A stretch of 13,881 bases of DNA from a virus (taxonomy: Duplodnaviria; Heunggongvirae; Uroviricota; Caudoviricetes): the IMG/VR virus record IMGVR_UViG_2751185959_000007; one strand, given 5' to 3'. Made by a program: the position numbers and the translations under genes. Below are positions 1 through 6,856 of this stretch, piece after piece (position 1 is the first letter of the stretch; each line of letters opens with the position of its first letter). The notes under the pieces were generated by a model. The model was not told the origin of the DNA. It saw only the letters and a program-made list of their open reading frames with translations, and searched no databases.

Positions 1-93
1 GAGTTCGGGGTCGAGGTAATCCCCCAGAGAAGTCAGTGGGTTACGCAGAGAATCGTAACGGGATACCAGATCAAGAGCCTGTCCAATGTGCAT
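1..93 (-). CDS. Partial ORF, only the first 31 codons visible (MHIGQALDLVSRYDSLRNPLTSLGDYLDPEL...), product unknown
   Basis: ATG at 93..91 on minus strand, open to window edge; no Shine-Dalgarno; the + strand frame 1..174 is also open, so strand and reality are uncertain. Confidence 0.25.
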   Translation of the reverse strand, partial: MHIGQALDLVSRYDSLRNPLTSLGDYLDPEL

Positions 94-96
94 AAA

Positions 97-130
97 AGAA
101 TCCGGAAACAAGTGAGCGTTTCCGGATTCT
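97..130. repeat. Perfect inverted repeat with 13-bp arms (AGAATCCGGAAAC / GTTTCCGGATTCT) and 8-nt loop; on the minus strand it is followed by TTTT and then the ATG at 93
   Basis: Direct base-by-base complementarity of 97..109 with 118..130. Confidence 0.6.
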
Positions 131-696
131 TACACAGCCACTGGATCGGTCAACTGATCCTTAACTGATCGGCATTACCCCGAAATGGAGCCGCCTTTCT
201 GAACAGATAACCCGCTGCGCCGTTTGTGTGTGTGATCCCAAACATAAGCACGGGGATGATAGCCGCTATCAGGCTGGTGGGCAATGCAATCAGTCTGGTT
301 CAGTGCGTTGCCATAACTGCGAAGTTCTCTCCTTTGATGAGTATTCTTTAAGGTACTTCTCAAGGGCAAAAGAACACGGCGCGAATCGTTCTGATTCATG
401 CTCTTTCTTTCTGCGTCGTCTTTTTCGTGCAGGTGATGTTTTTTCGGTTGATTCTTCGTTGGTCATTGTGTGCGCCTGTAAAGCAATGCGCCGTAGTACC
501 TCACACCACGGCGCTGATAGTTTTTATCCTTTGGGTTCTATGCCGCGTTGCTGTAATTCTTTGCGGATTATTCGCTTTATCCAGGCAGCAAGAGAATCAT
601 CGCCGTCCTGTTGTTGTGCCTTTTCCATCTTTTCCCGTAAGTCAGGATCTAAACGGAACTGGAACGGAGGATTACCACGCCTTTCGTTTTTGTGTG

Positions 697-726
697 TTGA
701 CACGTTAATTACACCTCAGGTAATGT
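697..726 (+). promoter_or_regulatory. Candidate sigma70 promoter for the rightward small-gene/primase operon: consensus -35 TTGACA (697..702), weak -10 TAATGT (721..726)
   Basis: Perfect -35 hexamer with 18-bp spacer to a 3/6 -10; position upstream of first RBS-bearing ORF at 833. Confidence 0.3.
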
Positions 727-731
727 ATTTA

Positions 732-752
732 TGTGTAGTGACACATTACACA
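732..752. promoter_or_regulatory. Inverted repeat TGTGTA-N9-TACACA, candidate operator just downstream of the putative promoter
   Basis: 6-bp perfect arms at 732..737 and 747..752; contains GTGACAC, also present in the 11874..11908 repeat array. Confidence 0.35.
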
Positions 753-832
753 CAATCAACACAAAAAGCAAAGCCCCGCACTGTAGGAGCAGTAACGGGG
801 CTTCTAACCAACAACGTAAACTAGGAGCCGTT

Positions 833-1033
833 ATGGTTGCCGTAAATCATATACCACACCTTGTACACACACAAACGGCCTTTGTGTGGCGTTTTCTGGC
901 ACTGAGTGCCGGAGAATCCCAAATCATCCACGTAACCGCTTGGACGGAACGCGAAGCGCGTAGCCGTTGCCCGTCCGGTTGTGTTGCTGTATTCGCCGCC
1001 CGTATTCGTCAGGGGGAAACCTATGCACAATAA
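833..1033 (+). CDS. Hypothetical small protein (66 aa)
   Basis: Strong SD AGGAG at 823..827 with 5-nt spacer to ATG 833; internal start within track ORF 731..1033; stop overlaps next gene start. Confidence 0.4.
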   Translation: MVAVNHIPHLVHTQTAFVWRFLALSAGESQIIHVTAWTEREARSRCPSGCVAVFAARIRQGETYAQ

Positions 1034-1244
1034 AACCACACCGAACGCAGCAGCCGCCGCACTCACTACGCTGATGCACGCGCTTATTGATATTGAATGC
1101 ACGGCAGAGCTTGCGCAGGGAGAAGAACAGAAAGACCGGACACAGTTCGCCCTGGAATGTATCCGATACATCGCAACGCGGTCACTGAATGACGCTAAAA
1201 ATATTCTTGTTGCCGATTGTGAAAATGGGGGGGGTTATGCGTGA
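1023..1244 (+). CDS. Hypothetical small protein (73 aa)
   Basis: ATG 1023 preceded by GGGGGAAA; internal start within track ORF 981..1244; overlaps the next ORF by 8 nt (ATGCGTGA), suggesting translational coupling. Confidence 0.5.
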   Translation: MHNKTTPNAAAAALTTLMHALIDIECTAELAQGEEQKDRTQFALECIRYIATRSLNDAKNILVADCENGGGYA

Positions 1245-1389
1245 TGATCGTTTTAATTCCCTGAAACAGGAATTTTCCGGCGTTCCTGATGATGCGGCTG
1301 ATGCGCTTTCGTCAATGCCAGAACTTATTAGAGCGGCTTTTTTCTTACTTTCCACGAGAGAATATAAATCAACGGGCTTGATGTACTGA
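1237..1389 (+). CDS. Hypothetical small protein (50 aa)
   Basis: ATG 1237 preceded by GGGGGG run; internal start within track ORF 1189..1389. Confidence 0.4.
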   Translation: MRDDRFNSLKQEFSGVPDDAADALSSMPELIRAAFFLLSTREYKSTGLMY

Positions 1390-1458
1390 ATATCGCCGCC
1401 GATTATGCTGATTTCGTGACAGAGGTTATTTTAAGAAAAACGACGGACGGGGATTAAT

Positions 1459-1692
1459 ATGCGTGATATTTACCACGAAACAATAGACCGCGCATTTCTT
1501 GCACTTTCTCACAGTGAAAACATGCTGGAAATATTGCGCATATGGCTTGAAACACTTGGCGACAATGAACGCGACAAACAAAAATCAAGAATTGCCACGG
1601 CATTAATAACGCTTCTTGAGCCTGTAATAATGGAACTGCAAGAAATAGATCTATTGCACGACAGATATAAAGAACAACACACCGGAGAATAA
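1459..1692 (+). CDS. Hypothetical protein (77 aa)
   Basis: Track ORF; GGGGA-type SD upstream of ATG 1459; same strand, tight spacing with neighbours. Confidence 0.55.
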   Translation: MRDIYHETIDRAFLALSHSENMLEILRIWLETLGDNERDKQKSRIATALITLLEPVIMELQEIDLLHDRYKEQHTGE

Positions 1693-1697
1693 AAATA

Positions 1698-1997
1698 ATG
1701 AAACTTAAATATTCTGGCTTAACTGCCAGTGGCAACACTCACCCTAAATTTACGCGCGGTGATATTTACCGCGACCAGTACGGCGGCATGGTAACGATTA
1801 AAGGCGTGGCAGAACGGCGCATCACCTACCGCCGTGAAGGTTACGAATATGATTGCGTGATGCCTGTTTATCAATTCCGGCGTGATTTCACGCTGGTACA
1901 GGCAGCGCCCCGCAGTAAACCAACCAGCAGGGAGAAAGCACGCGCCAATATTCAGGAAATAAAAAAGATGCTTAACGTATTCAGGGGTAAAAAATGA
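1698..1997 (+). CDS. Hypothetical protein (99 aa) immediately upstream of, and translationally coupled to, the primase gene
   Basis: SD GGAGAA at 1684..1689; stop TGA overlaps primase ATG (ATGA at 1994..1997). Confidence 0.6.
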   Translation: MKLKYSGLTASGNTHPKFTRGDIYRDQYGGMVTIKGVAERRITYRREGYEYDCVMPVYQFRRDFTLVQAAPRSKPTSREKARANIQEIKKMLNVFRGKK

Positions 1998-3742
1998 AAC
2001 TGGCACCGAACGTAAAAAAACAGCCACGCGGAATAAAACACAAAGACACAGAGGTAATTATCTTTGCGGGTAGTGATGCCTGGTCGCACGCGAAACAATG
2101 GCAGGAGCAGGATGGCCCCGCATCCGGCGATAATGTGCCGCCTGTGTGGCTTGGGCCAAATCAGCTTGCCGAACTTGATGCACTGAAAATTGTTCCGGAT
2201 GGAAAAAAACGCGTAAGGCTGTACCAGGCCGGAGAACTGGATTTGGTGGAGACCAAAAAGATTGGTCAGAAGCTGGCGGCGGCAGATATTCAGGACGCAA
2301 ATTTTTACCCCGAAGGAATGCACGTCCAGAAGTGTGAAAACTGGCGGCGCTATCTGAATGCTGAGCGTGAAAATATTGCCGCAGGGCTTACCATGCCGGA
2401 GCAGAAAAATACGCAACTGGCACAAATGGCAGACAGTGAGCGCGCGCAGCTGCTTGCCGAGCGCTTTGATGGCGTTTGTGTGCATCAGGAAAGTGAAATC
2501 GTTCACGTATGGCGCGGCGGGGTATGGTGTCCGGTCAGCACAATGGAACTTAGCCGCGAAATGGTGGTGATCTATTCAGAGCACAGGGCCACTTTCAGCA
2601 AGCGCGTAATCAATAACGCCGTGGAAGCGTTAAAAGTTATTGCCGAACCAATGGGCGAGCCGTCCGGCGATTTGCTGCCGTTCGCCAATGGTGCGCTTGA
2701 CCTGAAAACGGGGGAATTTTCCCCGCACACGCCGGAGAACTGGATCACCACGCACAACGGCATTGAGTACACGCCACCAGCACCAGGGGAGAACATCCGC
2801 GATAACGCGCTAAACTTTCATAAATGGCTTGAGCACGCAGCCGGAAAAGACCAGCGCAAGATGATGCGTATATGTGCCGCGCTGTACATGATTATGGCGA
2901 ACCGGTACGACTGGCAGATGTTTATTGAGGCCACCGGAGACGGCGGGAGCGGTAAAAGTACATTCACACACATAGCCAGCCTTCTGGCAGGGAAACAGAA
3001 CACGGTAAGCGCTGAAATGACATCGCTTGATGATGCTGGTGGACGTGCGCAGGTTGTCGGGAGTCGTCTTATCGTCCTGGCTGACCAGCCGAAATATACA
3101 GGCGAAGGAACGGGCATCAAGAAAATCACGGGCGGTGACCCCGTGGAAATTAACCCGAAATACGAAAAGCGTTTCACGGCTGTAATCAGGGCGGTGGTGC
3201 TGGCGACCAACAATAACCCGATGATATTCACCGAACGGGCCGGAGGTGTGGCACGTCGTCGCGTGATTTTCCGTTTCGACAATATCGTTAGTGAGGCCGA
3301 AAAAGACAGGGAGCTACCGGAAAAGATTGCGGCTGAAATCCCTGTCATTATCCGCCGATTGCTGGCGAACTTTACCGACTCTGAGAAAGCACGGGCTTTA
3401 CTACTGGAACAGCGTGACGGTGATGAAGCTCTGGCAATAAAGCAACAGACGGATCCGGTTATTGAGTTTTGCCAGTTCCTGAATTTTCTGGAGGAAGCAC
3501 GCGGCCTGATGATGGGCGGCGGTGGCGATTCAGTGAAGTACACGACCAGAAACAGCCTTTACCGCGTCTATCTGGCGTTTATGGCGTACGCAGGCAGGAG
3601 CAAACCGCTAAACGTAAATGACTTTGGCAAGGCTATGAAGCCAGCCGCGAAAGTTTACGGACATGAATATATTACGCGGAAAGTTAAGGGAGTAACGCAG
3701 ACTAACGCAATAACAACAGACGAGTGCGACGCGTTTTTATAA
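1994..3742 (+). CDS. Replication protein: P4-alpha-family primase/helicase (D5_N / SF3 helicase-type NTPase), 582 aa
   Basis: Long ORF with Walker A motif GDGGSGKST and downstream hydrophobic-D Walker B-like LIVLAD; overall resemblance to phage/plasmid primase P4-family C-terminal region; iteron array directly downstream. No canonical zinc-finger/TOPRIM primase motif recognised in the N-terminal 300 aa. Confidence 0.88.
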   Translation: MKLAPNVKKQPRGIKHKDTEVIIFAGSDAWSHAKQWQEQDGPASGDNVPPVWLGPNQLAELDALKIVPDGKKRVRLYQAGELDLVETKKIGQKLAAADIQDANFYPEGMHVQKCENWRRYLNAERENIAAGLTMPEQKNTQLAQMADSERAQLLAERFDGVCVHQESEIVHVWRGGVWCPVSTMELSREMVVIYSEHRATFSKRVINNAVEALKVIAEPMGEPSGDLLPFANGALDLKTGEFSPHTPENWITTHNGIEYTPPAPGENIRDNALNFHKWLEHAAGKDQRKMMRICAALYMIMANRYDWQMFIEATGDGGSGKSTFTHIASLLAGKQNTVSAEMTSLDDAGGRAQVVGSRLIVLADQPKYTGEGTGIKKITGGDPVEINPKYEKRFTAVIRAVVLATNNNPMIFTERAGGVARRRVIFRFDNIVSEAEKDRELPEKIAAEIPVIIRRLLANFTDSEKARALLLEQRDGDEALAIKQQTDPVIEFCQFLNFLEEARGLMMGGGGDSVKYTTRNSLYRVYLAFMAYAGRSKPLNVNDFGKAMKPAAKVYGHEYITRKVKGVTQTNAITTDECDAFL

Positions 3743-3756
3743 TTTTTTGTAATTGC

Positions 3757-3981
3757 TGTCTACCCTGTCTACCTGAGTAAAGAAAAATACATTTAATTCA
3801 GTGCATTAAGTTAGGTAGATAGCCTTTTTTTACTGTCTACCCACTATCTACCCTCTCTACCTGATTTTACCTGAATCAGACAGGGAGGTAGACACGGGGT
3901 AGATAGTGGATAAAAGCACTCTACCCCGCTGAAAGCAGCGCCATTACTGGCATGAGGGCCACTAAGGTAGATAAGGTAGAC
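3757..3981. repeat. Iteron array, probable origin of replication: at least 11 copies of the core TCTACC (extended (C)TGTCTACC / CTATCTACC), forward at 3757, 3766, 3834, 3846, 3856, 3920 and reverse (GGTAGA) at 3814, 3887, 3898, 3966, 3975
   Basis: Counted directly in sequence; forward copies cluster on the left, reverse copies on the right, with an AT-rich stretch (3775..3812) between; located immediately 3' of the replication gene as in SaPI and P4 replicons. Confidence 0.8.
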
Positions 3982-4030
3982 AAGGGGAGGCACAACTCAA
4001 AACTTTTTAAACGAGGGGGTAAAAATAAAT

Positions 4031-4309
4031 ATGCACACTTCAGGGAAATTTAATAAATCATTCAAAAAACGCAGAGACAGAACAGAACCGAAATATCGCG
4101 CGTTAGACATGACAGAGCACGCTTTAAAGGTGGCAATCAGAACGATAGACCGCCACGCGGGGGAAGGATACGCGAAAGCACATCCCGAACTGATAAGCGC
4201 ATTCATGACCACGACGGCGGCAAATTTTGCCACGCTGACAGAGCGGGAGATTGCCGAAGCGGAACAGGTAACAACAATCAACGTTAAAACCGGAGAGGTG
4301 GAATCATGA
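4031..4309 (+). CDS. Hypothetical protein (92 aa), first gene of a three-gene accessory operon
   Basis: Track ORF; GAGGGGG upstream of the ATG; stop overlaps next start (ATGA). Confidence 0.55.
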   Translation: MHTSGKFNKSFKKRRDRTEPKYRALDMTEHALKVAIRTIDRHAGEGYAKAHPELISAFMTTTAANFATLTEREIAEAEQVTTINVKTGEVES

Positions 4310-4611
4310 GCGAACCAAAATTTGGTGAAAAATTTTACAAGCACAACGGACGGATCACGATTCTGCAAATAAGCGCAGCTACACCAGGCTGGTGGGTTGA
4401 AACAGACGAAGGATCCTCACCCGTGGCATCATGGGAGCTTTGTGTGCTTAGTTACCCTGACCGCGATGTGTATCAGGATATTCTGCCTGTGATATCCACT
4501 GACAAAGGCATGAAACCCGTAGACATCAAAAACATGGGGTTTCAGTGCGTAATGCTCACTGAAAAAATGATGGAAGAGATGAAAAAGAACAATGCCGGAT
4601 CGCTTCACTGA
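4306..4611 (+). CDS. Hypothetical protein (101 aa)
   Basis: Track ORF; SD GGAGAGGTGG upstream; coupled to neighbours. Confidence 0.6.
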   Translation: MSEPKFGEKFYKHNGRITILQISAATPGWWVETDEGSSPVASWELCVLSYPDRDVYQDILPVISTDKGMKPVDIKNMGFQCVMLTEKMMEEMKKNNAGSLH

Positions 4612-4620
4612 GGTGGCAAT

Positions 4621-4782
4621 ATGACAGCACAAATTGCAGCTTACGGGCAGCTGGTGGGCGACCCGCTGGTAAAACAGAGCAGCAAGGGCACACCGGAGCC
4701 GCCAACGGAGAACTACGCAGACCTGAGAAATGCAGTAAATCGCACTTACGCAGACATGGGGCTGAGCAAATTAGCAGAGTAG
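4621..4782 (+). CDS. Hypothetical small protein (53 aa)
   Basis: ATG 4621 with SD GAGGTGG at 4610..4616; followed by a strong intrinsic terminator. Confidence 0.45.
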   Translation: MTAQIAAYGQLVGDPLVKQSSKGTPEPPTENYADLRNAVNRTYADMGLSKLAE

Positions 4783-4804
4783 GAATATCAGAACCACACC
4801 ACGC

Positions 4805-4830
4805 AGCCGGAGCAATCCGGCTTTTTGTTA
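4805..4830 (+). terminator. Rho-independent terminator: 7-bp stem AGCCGGA / TCCGGCT with GCAA tetraloop, then T-tract
   Basis: Stem 4805..4811 / 4816..4822, loop 4812..4815, T-run 4822..4826 then GTTATTTTTT. Confidence 0.7.
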
Positions 4831-4871
4831 TTTTTTGTAAATTATTTGTTCGTGGTTGTTCCACGTTGTTC
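4826..4871. repeat. Helically phased direct repeats: TGTTA, TGTAA, TGTTC, TGTTC, TGTTC starting at 4826, 4836, 4847, 4857, 4867 (10 to 11 bp period); last unit reads TGTTCAC
   Basis: Counted in sequence; candidate protein-binding array (terminase, replication or regulator). Confidence 0.5.
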
Positions 4872-4947
4872 ACTGAGCGGATCGGCATATTTTACCCGAA
4901 CTGAATCATGATTATTCTCGCCCGTGGTGCCAGGACGCTGGGGCCAC

Positions 4948-4995
4948 TTTCCCGCCTGTTAATGTGCTCGCCAATATTCATTACCAGGCGGGAAA
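4948..4995. repeat. Large dyad: TTTCCCGCCTGTTAATG / CATTACCAGGCGGGAAA (16 of 17 complementary; outer 11 bp perfect) with 14-bp spacer
   Basis: Base-by-base complementarity of 4948..4964 with 4979..4995. Confidence 0.6.
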
Positions 4996-5048
4996 ACGAT
5001 CGGTGCGATTACTGATTTCCTTATGAAAAACGGTTGAGTGTTTGCCGC

Positions 5049-5085
5049 GTCCTGGAGTTCCTTACTTAACCCCAGGACTTTTTTT
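5049..5085 (+). terminator. Terminator-like hairpin (GTCCTGG-N16-CCAGGAC) followed by T7, ending immediately before the capsid ATG at 5086
   Basis: Stem 5049..5055 / 5072..5078, T-run 5079..5085. The 16-nt loop is long for a canonical terminator; may be a regulated attenuator or a 5' UTR structure. Confidence 0.4.
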
Positions 5086-6243
5086 ATGCAGAGAATAATC
5101 GAATTACGCCAGCAGAAAACCGCCATTAAAAATCAGATGCGCGACATGCTGGAGAACGCTGAAAAAGAAAACCGCAGTCTTAACGATGCTGAGGGCGCAA
5201 AATTTGACGAATTACGCGCTAAAGCTGAATCCCTCGATAAAGACATTTCCCGCCTTGAAGCCATTGCAGACGAAGAGCGCAGCAAGCCAGGTAAAAGCAG
5301 CCAGACCACTGACCCCGCAGAACTACGTAACTACATTCTGACCGGTGAAACCCGCGCATTAAGTACAGGCGTTCCCGCTGATGGTGGTTATACCGTTATC
5401 CCTGAACTGAACACCGAAATCATGCGAATGCTGGCGGATGAATCCACCATGCGTCGCATCTGTACCGTGAAGAAAATCAGCAGCAACGAGTTTAAGCAGC
5501 TTGTTTCCGCTGGCGGTGCGACCGTTAACCACGGTGAAGAGGGTAAGGCACGCGAACAGACCAGCACCCCGCAGATTAACGAGGTGAGCATTAAGCTGTA
5601 TCCGGTCTATGCGTACCCGCGCACCACACAGGAAATCGTGGATTTTTCCGATGTGGACATCCTTTCATGGCTGACGGGTGAGATTGGCGACACCTTCACG
5701 GAAACCGAAGAAAGCGATCTGGTTGTGGGCGACGGTGACAAAAAAGCAAAAGGTTTTTTATCCGTACCCCGTGCAGAGAAGAACGACAAAGAGCGTGATT
5801 TTGGTACGTTGCAGGTAATTAAACCTTCCGAATCTCTGGCGTGGACATCTGCGGACCCGCTGATCGACCTGAAATTTGCATTACGTAAAAAATACCGCAA
5901 AAACGCGGTCTGAGTGGTTAACTCCACGACGGCGGCAAAACTTCAGAAGGTGAAGAACGCGAACGGTGATTATATCTGGCGCGACCGTTTACAGGCGGGT
6001 GATCCTGATACGTTGCTGGGCCTTCCGGTCGAATATCTGGAGTTTATGCCTGATAACGTTATTGCCCTGGGTGACTTCAAACGCGGTTACTACATTGTTG
6101 ATCACGAAACAGGTGTTCGCACCAGACCGGACAACCTGACAGAACCAGGATTCATCAAAATTTTCACGCAAAAATATTTAGGCGGTGGCGTGGTGGATTC
6201 GAACGCGATCAAGATTCTGGCACTGCCGGAAGACGACGATTAA
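5086..6243 (+). pseudogene. HK97-family major capsid protein interrupted by an in-frame TGA at 5911..5913 (N-terminal 275 codons 5086..5910; C-terminal 109 codons 5914..6243; 385 residues if the stop is read through)
   Basis: Track ORFs 5038..5913 and 5914..6243 are in the same frame, separated only by TGA. N-terminus MQRIIELRQQ... is a coiled-coil delta-domain-like region. Context NAV-TGA-VVNSTT is consistent with an ancestral TGG (Trp) codon. Confidence 0.85.
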
Positions 6244-6253
6244 CAGCATACAG

Positions 6254-6281
6254 AAGGGGCTAAAAAGCCCCTTTAGTGTTT
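6254..6281 (+). terminator. Hairpin (8-bp stem AAGGGGCT / AGCCCCTT, loop AAAA) with weak T-rich tail directly after the capsid stop; candidate partial terminator
   Basis: Stem 6254..6261 / 6266..6273, followed by TAGTGTTTT. Confidence 0.45.
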
Positions 6282-6297
6282 TATGGGTGAAAAAATT

Positions 6298-6855
6298 ATG
6301 AAGAGTATGGAAATCCGGTCATCGGAAATCACCACCAGCGGAGCCGGTACGCTGACGGGCTACGTTGTTCGCTGGGATAAGCTTTCAGAACTGTTATGGG
6401 GTGAGTTTTACGAAAAATTCCAGCGGGGGGCGTTTACTGAATGGCTTGCGGCGGGTAATGACGTTCGCGGCCTGTATGAGCATGACCACAGCATGTTACT
6501 GGGGCGCACCCGTTCCGGCACGCTGAAACTGGAAGAGGACGAAACAGGGTTACGCTTTGAACTGACCCCACCGGATACCAGTACAGGGCGCGACGTTATC
6601 GAACTGGTTAAGCGTGGGGACATCTCGGGGATGAGCTTTGGCTTTCGCTCCCGTAAGGATGTATGGGATACCACAACAGATCCATGCGTGCGCACCGTGC
6701 TGGTGGCGGAACTGTACGAAATTACCGTTACATCGGTACCGGCTTACCCCGATTCCGGCGTGGAGCTGGCCCGCCGTTCCCTGTATGAGCAGCACCCCGA
6801 AAAAATGCCGCGTGCGGATAATCGCCGCTGGTGGGCGGATTTAGCGGGGGTGTGA
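6298..6855 (+). CDS. Prohead (head maturation) protease, HK97 family; start may alternatively be 6283 or 6307
   Basis: Sequence resembles HK97-type prohead proteases (…GYVVRWDK…GAF…); sits between capsid and portal genes; stop overlaps portal start. Confidence 0.85.
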   Translation: MKSMEIRSSEITTSGAGTLTGYVVRWDKLSELLWGEFYEKFQRGAFTEWLAAGNDVRGLYEHDHSMLLGRTRSGTLKLEEDETGLRFELTPPDTSTGRDVIELVKRGDISGMSFGFRSRKDVWDTTTDPCVRTVLVAELYEITVTSVPAYPDSGVELARRSLYEQHPEKMPRADNRRWWADLAGV

Positions 6856-6856
6856 T

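Noticed and set aside
228-824. Track ORFs 228..824 (+, 198 aa) and 427..708 (+, 93 aa), and minus-strand ORFs 175..399 and 278..466
   Set aside because: Cys/Ser/Arg-rich, low-complexity translations with no ribosome-binding sites and mutually overlapping frames; the region looks regulatory rather than coding. A 34-codon minus-strand ORF at 524..628 is also too weak to call.
1952-3543. Antisense ORFs inside the primase gene (1952..2506, 2058..2300, 2818..3543 on minus strand)
   Set aside because: They lie entirely within a well-supported + strand gene and have the Pro/Ser/Arg-rich composition typical of antisense frames in GC-rich coding sequence.
3757-3981. CRISPR array
   Set aside because: Repeats are only 6 to 9 bp, occur in both orientations and lack uniform spacers; the pattern fits origin iterons.
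4840-5000. P2/P4-type activator-dependent late promoter (TGT-N12-ACA dyad) upstream of the capsid gene
   Set aside because: No TGT-N12-ACA element is found in the region at the spacings checked.
5911-5930. Selenocysteine recoding at the capsid TGA
   Set aside because: Only a 4-bp stem (GTGG/CCAC) follows the TGA, nothing resembling a bacterial SECIS hairpin; a plain nonsense change or sequencing error is far more likely.
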